Shown piece by piece: positions 55,336-64,000 of a stretch of 64,000 bases of DNA. How positions within the stretch are numbered: the first letter of the stretch is position 1; each line of letters begins with the position of its first letter. Under the pieces are notes generated by a model that saw nothing but the letters and a program-made list of their open reading frames with translations, searched no databases and was not told where the DNA came from. This DNA is from a virus. Lineage: Duplodnaviria; Heunggongvirae; Uroviricota; Caudoviricetes. Made by a program: the position numbers and the translations under genes. The stretch is from IMG/VR virus record IMGVR_UViG_3300042923_001771, positions 1 through 64,000 of that record. The stretch is one strand, 5' to 3'.

Positions 55336-57573
55336 GTGTCCAAATTCTACAAAAACCTAATCAAACTTGGTAACAAAACAAAAACTCTAGTTACAGTCAA
55401 TTATGAACAATCTCAAAAAACAGAATCCACTACAGTTGATTCTATTCATCACATTCATATTCTTGATAGAAGTGGATCAATGAGCAGCGAAATTGCAAAA
55501 CTTATTGAAAACGTTAAACAAACAATTACAGAAATGTCTCCAAACGATAAAGTTACAATCATTTGGTTTTCCGGTGCAAGTCAATGTAAGGTTCTAGTTA
55601 AAAATGCTTCTAAAGATGAAACTGAATTATTTGTATTGCTTGATTCTATCAAATCTACAGTTGGCGCAACTTGCTTCTCAACCCCAATGCAAGAAGCAAA
55701 TGAAGTTATCAACGATTTGCAAGCTCTTAATCATAACTTTTCAGTTACAGTATTTACTGATGGTGAACCAGTTGTTCCTTGGTCTATCGCTGAAGAAGAA
55801 AACAAAATTTTTGTTGAATTGGCAAAAATGAAAGATAAAATTTTGGCTCTAAATACAATTGGTTATGGTTATTACTACAACCAAGATTTGCTTCGTCGCA
55901 TGGCAGCTGAATCAATGTTTGGTACCGCAATTCACTCCAGTCAAATTAGTGAATATGTAAGTATCTTCCATCATAACTATGAAAAGGTAAGCGAACTCAT
56001 TTTTGATTCTGCAGAAGTTAAAGCTCCAGTTGGAACTGAGATTCTCTATCTCAACAGTTACTCTACGAAACTCGTTCGTAATGATGGACATATGAAGATG
56101 AATCGTTTGGAAAAACGTAAAAATCAATTCTTCATTGTTGCTGATAATGATTTCACATTTGAATTTAATGGCGAAGTTATTGATTCTGCAACTCTTACAA
56201 GCGAAGTAGCAGAAAGCACGTTGACAAACTTCTATTATGCTTTTGCATACGAGCTTCACTACGGTGGATATCGCCAAGAAGCACTTGATGTATTGGCAAA
56301 TAACATTTGCGATAAATACTTCATTGACACCCAACTCAATGCATTTACTTACAGCGAAGTTGGTAACTTCCGCAAGGAACTTAAGAAAGCAGTTATCAAA
56401 CCTAAATATCGTTTCAAAACTGGTGAAGCTCCAGCCAATTATGTTCCTCGTGAAGATGCACTTTGTGTTATGGATGTACTGGGAATTCTTTCTGAAGGAA
56501 CTAACTACTACGTTCCAAGTAAGAATTATCAACGTATTGGAGCTGAAGTAGTAGATAATCAAAATCTTTTCAAAGCAAACAAAGAAGAAATTCGTTCACT
56601 CTTCAAAGATTTTACTTTCAACAAGAAACACATGAATGTTTCCATTATGTTCACTGTGAAAGGAACGGTTACCATCAATGCCAAGCTTGCAAAAGCTCAT
56701 AACCTTCCTAAAGAAGTTGATAGCCACATTTTCCGTACGCATACTATCATTAAAGATGGCAACTTGAATATGCAAATCATTGAAGCTGTTCTTGATCAAA
56801 AAACATACGATAAATTTGTAGCTCTTGAAACAGATAATGGAATCAACTTCTTAACTTCTAAAGGACAAGAAGAAAAAGGCCAACGCGTTGAAATTGATCT
56901 TGCTCAATTCCCAACAGTTAACCGTACTTACGTTAACGATAGTGGAAGCATTGATAACATTGTTGATACAGTAGAAAATACTACAAACCTTGAAATCAAG
57001 CAAAAAGCATTGAACTACTACATCAAAGAAATTAAATCTCAAAATGTTGATTCTACTCTTGCGGGTAACTTTGCTGGTTTGAATGAAGACCAAATGGAAG
57101 TATTGAAAGCTCATGGTCTGGATAAAAACTTTACTTATGGCGGAGTAGATAATGGAAAACAAGAGCCAGTTGATTTCTACGAATCTCGAGTACTTGAGTT
57201 CTATCTTAAAGGTTTTTCTTCTATCCCTTCTGTTTCAGATGTGCAAAAGAAGTTTGCTGATGGTAAAAAACTTACTGGTCCGAGTCAAGTAATGAATGAT
57301 TATCTGATTGACCTTGCTCAACGCATGACGGCCGCTGGACTTAATCTTGGAGATACTACTCTTGAGGCAAAAGCTTTCCTCGAAAGCGAATTTGAAAGTG
57401 TTAAGTCAACACTCTTTAAAGAAAGAGTAAAAATGAATTCCATGAAGATTGCTAAGGTATTGACTGGTGACTGGTTTACTGGTCTTGAAGTTGATGATAA
57501 AGGTAATCAAACTTATACCAAGAATGGTAAAACATTGATAGTTAAAGCAGACCGGGTTAAAATCGGAATTTAG
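55336..57573 (+). CDS. von Willebrand factor A (vWA) domain protein
   Basis: MIDAS DRSGSMS near the N-terminus; 745 aa; GTG start. Confidence 0.65.
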   Translation: MSKFYKNLIKLGNKTKTLVTVNYEQSQKTESTTVDSIHHIHILDRSGSMSSEIAKLIENVKQTITEMSPNDKVTIIWFSGASQCKVLVKNASKDETELFVLLDSIKSTVGATCFSTPMQEANEVINDLQALNHNFSVTVFTDGEPVVPWSIAEEENKIFVELAKMKDKILALNTIGYGYYYNQDLLRRMAAESMFGTAIHSSQISEYVSIFHHNYEKVSELIFDSAEVKAPVGTEILYLNSYSTKLVRNDGHMKMNRLEKRKNQFFIVADNDFTFEFNGEVIDSATLTSEVAESTLTNFYYAFAYELHYGGYRQEALDVLANNICDKYFIDTQLNAFTYSEVGNFRKELKKAVIKPKYRFKTGEAPANYVPREDALCVMDVLGILSEGTNYYVPSKNYQRIGAEVVDNQNLFKANKEEIRSLFKDFTFNKKHMNVSIMFTVKGTVTINAKLAKAHNLPKEVDSHIFRTHTIIKDGNLNMQIIEAVLDQKTYDKFVALETDNGINFLTSKGQEEKGQRVEIDLAQFPTVNRTYVNDSGSIDNIVDTVENTTNLEIKQKALNYYIKEIKSQNVDSTLAGNFAGLNEDQMEVLKAHGLDKNFTYGGVDNGKQEPVDFYESRVLEFYLKGFSSIPSVSDVQKKFADGKKLTGPSQVMNDYLIDLAQRMTAAGLNLGDTTLEAKAFLESEFESVKSTLFKERVKMNSMKIAKVLTGDWFTGLEVDDKGNQTYTKNGKTLIVKADRVKIGI

Positions 57574-57581
57574 TACAATTA

Positions 57582-57617
57582 AAATCACCTGGAATTTTCT
57601 TTCCAGGTGATTTTTCT
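57582..57617 (+). terminator. rho-independent terminator
   Basis: aatcacctggaa-ttttcttt-ccaggtgatt followed by a T-run. Confidence 0.7.
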
Positions 57618-57639
57618 TTACGAAAGGAGTTCATAAATA

Positions 57640-58056
57640 ATGAATTTAATTAGTAATATTAAGATTCTTTTTTTAAGATTCAAAAATAAAAAAAATTTAA
57701 ATAAAGAAGAAGTAGAAAAAATAGAAGAAGAAGCAAATGTGCACTTAGAACCAGAATGTGAATTTATTTCTAGATACATTAAAGGAAATGGATTTCATAT
57801 GGATTTATTTTTTAACAAGAAAATACATCATATGTATATAGATGAAGATCAAAATGTAAAATTTGTTTTTGTAGATAATACTAAATTTTCTTTTAGAGGT
57901 CAAATTGAAAAAAACATACAAGAAGCTCGTCCTGGTTCTATATGGATTGAAGGAGAAAATTTTTGTTATATTGATAGTAAAAAGAACAAAAGAACAATCA
58001 ATGCAATAAGTGTTAACATAATGTACAATTTTGGTATAGATGCTTCTTATGCCTAA
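57640..58056 (+). CDS. hypothetical protein
   Basis: RBS aaaggag. Confidence 0.5.
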   Translation: MNLISNIKILFLRFKNKKNLNKEEVEKIEEEANVHLEPECEFISRYIKGNGFHMDLFFNKKIHHMYIDEDQNVKFVFVDNTKFSFRGQIEKNIQEARPGSIWIEGENFCYIDSKKNKRTINAISVNIMYNFGIDASYA

Positions 58057-58070
58057 AGGAGGATTAATTA

Positions 58071-58096
58071 ATGGGACCTTAGGGTCTCATTTTTAT
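58071..58096 (+). terminator. rho-independent terminator (modest stem)
   Basis: gggacc-ttag-ggtctc followed by tttttatt. Confidence 0.45.
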
Positions 58097-58136
58097 TGTA
58101 AAATATTTAAAAAACCGTTTAAAACCAAATCTCAAT

Positions 58137-58188
58137 CTTTATATAATAATTAAATAATAAACGAAGACACAGAAAACAGGAGGAATTA
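58137..58188 (+). promoter_or_regulatory. TATATAATAAT-class promoter/5-prime UTR module
   Basis: cTTTATATAATAATtAAATAAtAAAcGAAgACacagaaaACAGGAGGAATTA. Confidence 0.4.
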
Positions 58189-58194
58189 TTTAAA

Positions 58195-59256
58195 ATGTCA
58201 AGTTACCTACCAGAGAAAATTTATCTTTATTGTAAGAAACCGCAAGACGCAGTATCAGTGGATATTGATGAAGAAGATGAGGACGAATTGGATGAGGATG
58301 AAGTAGAAGAAGGCGTAAGACACGCTTTCCCTGTTTCTGATCAATCCACTCAGTCTCGTCATGAAAATGCTGAAAAGTGGGCAACAAAATATAATTACGA
58401 TAAAAACCGCAATCAAACAAAAGTATCTGGAGATGTATTTGAATATCCAAATGTTGGCTTTGATAGTGTAACCATTAAAAATCTTGAGGTTCGTGGTCAA
58501 GGTGGACGTGCATATCAAGTTGTCCTTGAGCATGATGATAAGAAATTCCAAGTAGATCTTCGTGAAGATGCGCTCATGGATGTTATTCGAAATACGGGTA
58601 TTTTAGCTGGTGGACGTCTTAATGGTACATTCTGCTTTATTGTTGAAGGTTCTCAAACAAACCTTGTTCGTGAAAATTCTAAAGTATGGCAAAGTGCTAA
58701 AAAAGGTGCTGAATCTCGCAAATCCGCAACTATCAAGAAAAGTGATCTAAAAATCGGCCATAAATATAAGTCTTTAAGCGGAGACACAGGCATTTATCTT
58801 GGTGAAGTTTTTGCTCGTTCAATTTCTTTCAAAGACGAAAAAGAAACTTCTTATTATAGCAGAAAAAGTGGTGCTGGTAAACTTGAGTACGGTAAAGTTG
58901 CTAAAAAAATGATCTTTGTTGATGCTTATACCAGCAAACCTATTGAAGACTTTAAACAAGGGAAAACAAGTTACTACAATATCAAACTTCAAACTTCGCA
59001 TTCTTATCGTGAAGATCTTGGTAAAGTTGGAGATATTAATCCTGCTGAAATTGTATCTTTGGCAAATAAAATTGGCGAAAATCTCTATAAAGACTTCACC
59101 AAAGATGAAAATTCTGGCTACTACGTTGATAACACTCTTCTAGCATGTTCGTTGATGGAAGTGTCAGAAACAAAAGAAATTAAAATGGACCAAAGCAAAA
59201 TCGACAAAGCTGTGGAAAACTACAGGGCTTATTATAAGAAACATAATCGTTATTAA
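58195..59256 (+). CDS. hypothetical protein with acidic N-terminal tract
   Basis: DIDEEDEDELDEDEVEEG; 353 aa. Confidence 0.55.
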   Translation: MSSYLPEKIYLYCKKPQDAVSVDIDEEDEDELDEDEVEEGVRHAFPVSDQSTQSRHENAEKWATKYNYDKNRNQTKVSGDVFEYPNVGFDSVTIKNLEVRGQGGRAYQVVLEHDDKKFQVDLREDALMDVIRNTGILAGGRLNGTFCFIVEGSQTNLVRENSKVWQSAKKGAESRKSATIKKSDLKIGHKYKSLSGDTGIYLGEVFARSISFKDEKETSYYSRKSGAGKLEYGKVAKKMIFVDAYTSKPIEDFKQGKTSYYNIKLQTSHSYREDLGKVGDINPAEIVSLANKIGENLYKDFTKDENSGYYVDNTLLACSLMEVSETKEIKMDQSKIDKAVENYRAYYKKHNRY

Positions 59257-59274
59257 AAAGTTTGTTAAAATTCA

Positions 59275-59317
59275 AATTAGCTCCTAATATAATAATCATG
59301 TTAGGAGCTAATTTTTC
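59275..59317 (+). terminator. rho-independent terminator with TATAATAAT in the loop
   Basis: aattagctcctaa-tataataatcatg-ttaggagctaatt followed by a T5 run. Confidence 0.6.
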
Positions 59318-59334
59318 ACATAGGGGAAATAAAA

Positions 59335-59604
59335 ATGGCCACGTTTAAAAAGAAAAAGATAACTTACGAAGACAGCATTTGTGGTGGAGATTACTACTTT
59401 AACATTAAGTTTTGGGGAGATAGTATTTCACCCTACCACAAAGTAAAAATGTATCAAAAAAGTAAGTTCTGGGTATTTGATTATTATGAATTTCTTTGGG
59501 AAGAGATTTACGAATATGATATTCCATTCCAAACAATTTGTGATAGAACGTTTGAAAAGTTTGCAAAAGCACAACGACAATATCGTGAATTTGAATCTAA
59601 ATAA
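59335..59604 (+). CDS. hypothetical protein
   Basis: 89 aa ORF. Confidence 0.5.
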   Translation: MATFKKKKITYEDSICGGDYYFNIKFWGDSISPYHKVKMYQKSKFWVFDYYEFLWEEIYEYDIPFQTICDRTFEKFAKAQRQYREFESK

Positions 59605-59619
59605 AAGGAGAAAATTCTA

Positions 59620-59883
59620 ATGGAAAACAAGCCGAGCAACGAAACAAAGAAGAATTATCTTTCAAAGATTAAACGTTTTTACTTTCTACGCAATGAAGAT
59701 GAAAGCGGAGTAAGTGGAACGGGTATTGTAGCTACCGGAGTAGAATTTCCTTCCGGTCAAGTTACAATTGAATGGTCAGCATCCCCTGTAAAATCAATCA
59801 CCTTCTATCCTAACGTTGAGGCTGCAATTTCCATACATAGTCATGGCGGTAAAACAGTTCTTAAGTGGATTGACCAAGATTAA
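59620..59883 (+). CDS. hypothetical protein
   Basis: 87 aa ORF. Confidence 0.5.
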   Translation: MENKPSNETKKNYLSKIKRFYFLRNEDESGVSGTGIVATGVEFPSGQVTIEWSASPVKSITFYPNVEAAISIHSHGGKTVLKWIDQD

Positions 59884-59944
59884 GGATGATAACCAATGAG
59901 TATTAGCTTTTAGAAAATTAAAAATAAAGGGAGATTAACTTCTA

Positions 59945-61054
59945 ATGAAAATTGTAAAGACGGGTAGTATGTCAAGGATTTTTTCTGATGATTTACAAAC
60001 CTTTGATAAGATACCTGTAGGTAACTATAAAGTTTGTTTTGGACCATTTACTGGATTCTATCTAGAAGATGCTGATTCCTTTAAGTTAGATGAAAAGCCA
60101 TATGGCAAACATCCTCTTAAGATTGCTAAAGCAATTAAGTTATATGAAAATATTGAGCGCGGTGCAGGCATCATCTTGAGCGGTAAAAAGGGTATGGGTA
60201 AGTCCATGTTTGCTCGCCTTCTTTCAGTAACTTTTGCTGATACTCGTGAAATGCCGACAATCATTATCACAGAAGCATATCCTGGCATCGTTGACTTCAT
60301 TGAATCGATCAAACAAGAATGTGTTGTCCTGTTTGATGAGTTCGAAAAGGTGTTCGATAACAGTGAGAAGAAAGAATCACAGGACAAACTACTTAGTCTC
60401 TTTGATGGTATCTCTCAAACAAAGCGTTTGTACGTGGTAACGGTTAATGAACTCAGACGGGTTAACCAATACATGATCAACCGTCCTGGTCGTTTCCATT
60501 ATCATTTACAATTTAATTATCCTTCAGTTGAGGAAATTGAGTTGTATTTGAAGGACAAACTCAAACCCGAGTATCAGCATCAAATTGCTCTTGTTCAAAG
60601 GTTCTCGAACCGTTTTGATTTGAACTACGATTCACTTAGAGCTATTGCTTTTGAGTTGAATTTCGGCTACGGTTTCCTAGAGACGATGGAAGATTTGAAC
60701 ATCTCATCTACCGAAAATGAGTCCACTAGATATAATGTTGCCATCCATCATAGCAATGGACTTACTGTGCAGACAGACGCAAACATTAATCTGATGAGTT
60801 CCTATGCTTCGTTTAGTTATAGTACTCCTACAGGAGAATACGTTTCTATCAATTTCTCTCCACTTGAAATTGAAATTAAGGAAAAGGAATCCTTTACAGT
60901 AACGTCGGAAGACGCATCACTTAAAGTGCAGTACGATAGCGACAATGAGACCTTAACTGAGGAAAGCGGAATTACTGTTGATAAGATCGTACTTATAAAA
61001 CGAGAACTTGGTAGAACTCAGTTTGGTAAAGAGCTTGATATGTTGTTAGTTTAA
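59945..61054 (+). CDS. AAA-type ATPase
   Basis: Walker A GKKGMGKS and Walker B VVLFDEFEK. Confidence 0.65.
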   Translation: MKIVKTGSMSRIFSDDLQTFDKIPVGNYKVCFGPFTGFYLEDADSFKLDEKPYGKHPLKIAKAIKLYENIERGAGIILSGKKGMGKSMFARLLSVTFADTREMPTIIITEAYPGIVDFIESIKQECVVLFDEFEKVFDNSEKKESQDKLLSLFDGISQTKRLYVVTVNELRRVNQYMINRPGRFHYHLQFNYPSVEEIELYLKDKLKPEYQHQIALVQRFSNRFDLNYDSLRAIAFELNFGYGFLETMEDLNISSTENESTRYNVAIHHSNGLTVQTDANINLMSSYASFSYSTPTGEYVSINFSPLEIEIKEKESFTVTSEDASLKVQYDSDNETLTEESGITVDKIVLIKRELGRTQFGKELDMLLV

Positions 61055-61097
61055 AATTAAATAGCCCAGCATGCTGGGCTATATTGAGGTGATAAAA

Positions 61098-61394
61098 ATG
61101 CCAATAAGTCCGAAAGAAGCGTTAACTTTAACAAACGATGACAAGCAAGTTCTTGAACGTACTCAAAGCATTATTGATAAATATGTATTAGAAAATTTTA
61201 CCGGAGATACTTTAGGTCTCGGTGGAAGTATTCAAATACCATTTGAGAACTTTTCTTCAATCAAGTCAAAGATTAAGCGAGAAATTACTAAAAACTATAT
61301 CGCAGCTGGATGGAAGCAAGCTGATTTTACTGATGGAAGATTTCATTTAAGTACTTATGAAAAAAGTTCCTATGGTTATAATGGCCGAGATTAA
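61098..61394 (+). CDS. hypothetical protein
   Basis: ATG after gaggtga. A perfect 22-bp palindrome lies just upstream. Confidence 0.5.
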   Translation: MPISPKEALTLTNDDKQVLERTQSIIDKYVLENFTGDTLGLGGSIQIPFENFSSIKSKIKREITKNYIAAGWKQADFTDGRFHLSTYEKSSYGYNGRD

Positions 61395-61413
61395 GTAACA
61401 TTAAGTATGCTTA

Positions 61414-61443
61414 AGGAGACCCTTTATTTAAGGGTCTTTTTTC
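61414..61443 (+). terminator. rho-independent terminator
   Basis: agaccctt-tattta-aagggtct followed by a T-run. Confidence 0.6.
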
Positions 61444-61517
61444 TATTTGTTATATTACGTTTATGATTGAGAATATATTCATAAATATTTCTAAATTTTC
61501 TAATATGCTTTAAAATT

Positions 61518-61556
61518 TAAAAACCAATTAGAAAATACTCTAATTGGTTTTTATTT
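61518..61556. terminator. bidirectional rho-independent terminator
   Basis: aaccaattag-aaaatactc-taattggtt with A/T-run flanks; ends the minus gene 61558-61758. Confidence 0.6.
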
Positions 61557-61557
61557 A

Positions 61558-61758
61558 TTATAATTCAACTATCTCGCAATCCTTGCCGGTAATTTTCTTA
61601 TAAACTCCAGAATATTTCTCTGCATTTTCTTCGAATTTGAACTTTGCCGCAATTTCTCTATCTTCCACTAAAGAAAACTTAATTGAATCACTAGATGAAC
61701 CGTTATACTTAAAGTCAACAAATTGGCTTGTTTCTAAATCAATCAAATAATATTTCAA
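61558..61758 (-). CDS. hypothetical protein
   Basis: 66 aa minus-strand ORF. Confidence 0.5.
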   Translation of the reverse strand: MKYYLIDLETSQFVDFKYNGSSSDSIKFSLVEDREIAAKFKFEENAEKYSGVYKKITGKDCEIVEL

Positions 61759-61805
61759 AAAAACAACTCCCTTTATTTTTAAAATAAAGAGAGTTTAGTA
61801 ACAAA

Positions 61806-62615
61806 TTACAGTATTAAATTATTAAAATCAAAAGAATAAAAACTTATATTTGTTTCAAATTGTGTTAGATATTTATCTAAAGTATTAGCTCGTTCTTCAT
61901 CGTCAAATACAAATATCACTTTTGGTATTATTGCTACATCCTCATATGGTTGCCATTTATCTGTCTTAAATGTATTTGTATTGAAATACTCATGATAGTC
62001 TTTTATTTTTTTGTATAAAACATTCATATGTTCTGTACCCATATCAATCTCAAACATAGCAAAATTTTCTTTTTCTCCATTATTCCAACCAATAAATGCA
62101 TCTGGTCTAAGCGTTTTATCTGTACCATTATGCATCCATTCCAATAAAATCTCCGGTTTCCATCCAATCATTTTATACTTTTCATAAATATCTGCAAATA
62201 TGTTGTTTCTATAAACTGTGTGTCTCCAATTTTGAGTAAGTACAAGAACTTTTCTATAACCTTTTACATCAATTAATCTTGCGCCAATAGGAGCCAAAAC
62301 AACATGTGATTGAGAACTTCCGCCATTAGCCATTGGGTAGAATCTATCAATACAACCAAGTTCAAATAGTTTCTTTAGGCTATTATTTGCAAATTTAAAT
62401 GGATGTGACCTACCTCTGTGGATAATTTTTGCTACTTGACTTGATGTAACGATTCGTAGTTGATGTATTAGTTTAAGCGTTTTTAAGTCTATGTCATTGA
62501 TTTTAGCTTTAGCAAACATAATTTTCTCATTGTTAATTTTCTTAACGTATTCCTCGTATTTTTCTCTGTCCTCTCTAAAACGTTCTACTAATATCCAGTT
62601 CTGACATTTGATCAC
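61806..62615 (-). CDS. replication-relaxation family-like protein (putative)
   Basis: N-terminal wHTH-like LRIVTSSQVAKII and a conserved LRPDAFIGW segment, as in plasmid replication-relaxation proteins. Tentative. Confidence 0.4.
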   Translation of the reverse strand: MIKCQNWILVERFREDREKYEEYVKKINNEKIMFAKAKINDIDLKTLKLIHQLRIVTSSQVAKIIHRGRSHPFKFANNSLKKLFELGCIDRFYPMANGGSSQSHVVLAPIGARLIDVKGYRKVLVLTQNWRHTVYRNNIFADIYEKYKMIGWKPEILLEWMHNGTDKTLRPDAFIGWNNGEKENFAMFEIDMGTEHMNVLYKKIKDYHEYFNTNTFKTDKWQPYEDVAIIPKVIFVFDDEERANTLDKYLTQFETNISFYSFDFNNLIL

Positions 62616-62939
62616 TGTGTATCATCCTCCTTTATATATTTATATTCACGTATTTTACAAAGTTACATTCTTGTGAATTTTCTTATCTAATAAAAGATGA
62701 TTAAAAGGCCAAAAAAGGTTACTCTGTGTGGATTTTTGAACATTATCAAACAGGCATCTTCTACTGATATTATCATATCAGTGAAGGTGGATTGACACCA
62801 CGAGGAGGTAAAACAAACTTTGTGCAAGGTTCGAAATATGAAAAATTTTTGTAAATTTGTTTTTAAAAATTTGGTACCTTTTACATGTTCATGTATATAT
62901 ATATTATATAGGAACACACAGTTCAGGAGGACATGACTT

Positions 62940-63476
62940 ATGATTAAAAGGCAGACGGTTTATAGGATTGTAAAGGTTGTTATTGGTGCTATAAAATATG
63001 TTTTGATTGTTGCAACTGTGGTAGTAACAATGAATGCAACATCGGTCAAAACATATGCTCAAACCAGCAATGAAAGCTACGTTAATAATTGGAGAATATC
63101 TGCTCATTTTGGAGAAACCAATGACGTTCACTCAACACCACATAAAGGAGTTGACTTTGCTATTAAGACTGGTACCCCAATAAAATCAATAACCAATGGC
63201 AAAGTTGTTGCGATTCTTGACAGAGGCAATGAGGGATGTGGTAAAACAATTCATATTCGGGATAATCAAGGTCACACCATTATTTACGGACATTTAAGTG
63301 AATTCAAAGTAAAAAGTGGTCAAGCGGTTCATAATGGAGATGTGATTGCTCTAAGTGGCAATACAGGCCATTCAACCGGACCACATCTACACTTACAGAT
63401 AAATGTTAATGGAAAGCCAATTAATCCCATGTCGCATATAAAGGAAGCTGGTGTTAAAGGCATTATCGGAAAATGA
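62940..63476 (+). CDS. M23 family metallopeptidase with N-terminal TM anchor
   Basis: HKGVDFA (HxxxD) and GPHLHLQ (HxH) M23 signatures. Confidence 0.75.
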   Translation: MIKRQTVYRIVKVVIGAIKYVLIVATVVVTMNATSVKTYAQTSNESYVNNWRISAHFGETNDVHSTPHKGVDFAIKTGTPIKSITNGKVVAILDRGNEGCGKTIHIRDNQGHTIIYGHLSEFKVKSGQAVHNGDVIALSGNTGHSTGPHLHLQINVNGKPINPMSHIKEAGVKGIIGK

Positions 63477-63574
63477 AAAAAATCGTTGAATTTTGTATAA
63501 TAACGTGGTATCTTTTGATAAGGTGGTGAATACAGTTTAATATAAGGATGAAAAAATAAAGGAGGAAAATACAA

Positions 63575-64000
63575 TGTATGAATATGCAAATGCAAGATAC
63601 AAATCACTGGCTCAAACATTAATCGATGCAGACCCTTTCACTTTAGGACATATCGATGCAAGCACTATAGAATTTCTTACTAAAGAAGAGAAAACACCAA
63701 AGAAAGTTTTCAGAATTGAATCTATAAGAGAGCCATTTGTTATGATGACGAACAAATGTTACATCATAACGATAAGTGAAGTGTTGATTGAAGATATTAG
63801 TCAAGAACATATGGAGCTTCATATGTATAAAGTTTTAAGACAGATTAATCCCGAAAACGGGAGATTGGTTCCACCGGATGTCATTGAGTTTAGTGATATA
63901 ATTGACTTGTTTGGTTATGACTGGCAAGATAAAGACACACTACCTTCAATCGTTGATCAATTGGAAGCAAAGACGGTTGCAAATACGTTAGTTCCTAAGG
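63575..64000 (+). CDS. hypothetical protein (3-prime end beyond the window)
   Basis: ATG after aaaggagg; the frame stays open to the window edge. Confidence 0.5.

Noticed and set aside
55912-56562. 216 aa antisense ORF inside the vWA gene (plus other antisense ORFs such as 1167-1370, 2374-2556, 5896-6150, 9248-9571, 19161-19508, 48278-48731, 60058-60387)
   Set aside because: Fully embedded opposite well-supported genes, AT-rich hydrophobic junk translations, no RBS. Typical shadow ORFs in low-GC DNA.
62687-63131. Minus-strand ORFs 62687-62917 and 62904-63131
   Set aside because: They overlap the divergent control region and the 5-prime end of the M23 gene, with no RBS. Likely spurious.
1-64000. 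CRISPR arrays, tRNA genes, integrase, transposase or IS elements
   Set aside because: No regularly spaced direct repeats and no tRNA-like GTTC-loop structures found by eye. No recombinase or transposase motifs in any frame.

Overview
This reads as a 64 kb accessory/early region of a large low-GC (about 33% GC) virulent phage of a Firmicutes host. Genes are almost all on the + strand and densely packed, with GGAGG-type RBSs, frequent TTG/GTG starts and many rho-independent terminators. Calls supported by motifs read in the sequence: a nucleotide-metabolism block (class I RNR alpha and beta, thymidylate synthase, DHFR, thymidine kinase, CTP synthase, ClpP-like protease, macro domain), a RarA/MgsA ATPase, an SPFH/band-7 protein, a DinG/XPD-type Fe-S helicase, dephospho-CoA kinase, two HD-domain proteins (one RelA/SpoT-type (p)ppGpp-hydrolase-like), a Thg1-like tRNA 3-prime-5-prime nucleotidyltransferase, a vWA protein, an AAA ATPase, a LemA family protein, two M23-type peptidases, and three paralogous beta-helix receptor-binding/tail-fibre proteins that share one N-terminal anchor. 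Two things seem most novel. One is a three-part cassette (operator-bearing promoter, winged-HTH protein, tubulin/FtsZ-superfamily GTPase with a GGGTGSG signature) that resembles a TubR-TubZ/PhuZ cytoskeletal DNA-positioning system. The other is a ~590 nt ORF-free, GC-elevated, G/U-rich interval at 1400-1985 that looks like a large structured ncRNA of the ROOL/GOLLD kind. Further observations: a 3-4 copy family of Zn-ribbon proteins with a conserved YWK-ND-RY C-terminal motif, a tandem pair of HGDADH/GRGGGD paralogs, a Tpt1/KptA-like ADP-ribosyltransferase-fold protein, and a recurring TATATAATAAT promoter/UTR module. I found no tRNAs, CRISPR arrays, integrases or transposases. All functional calls rest on motif reading without database searches.
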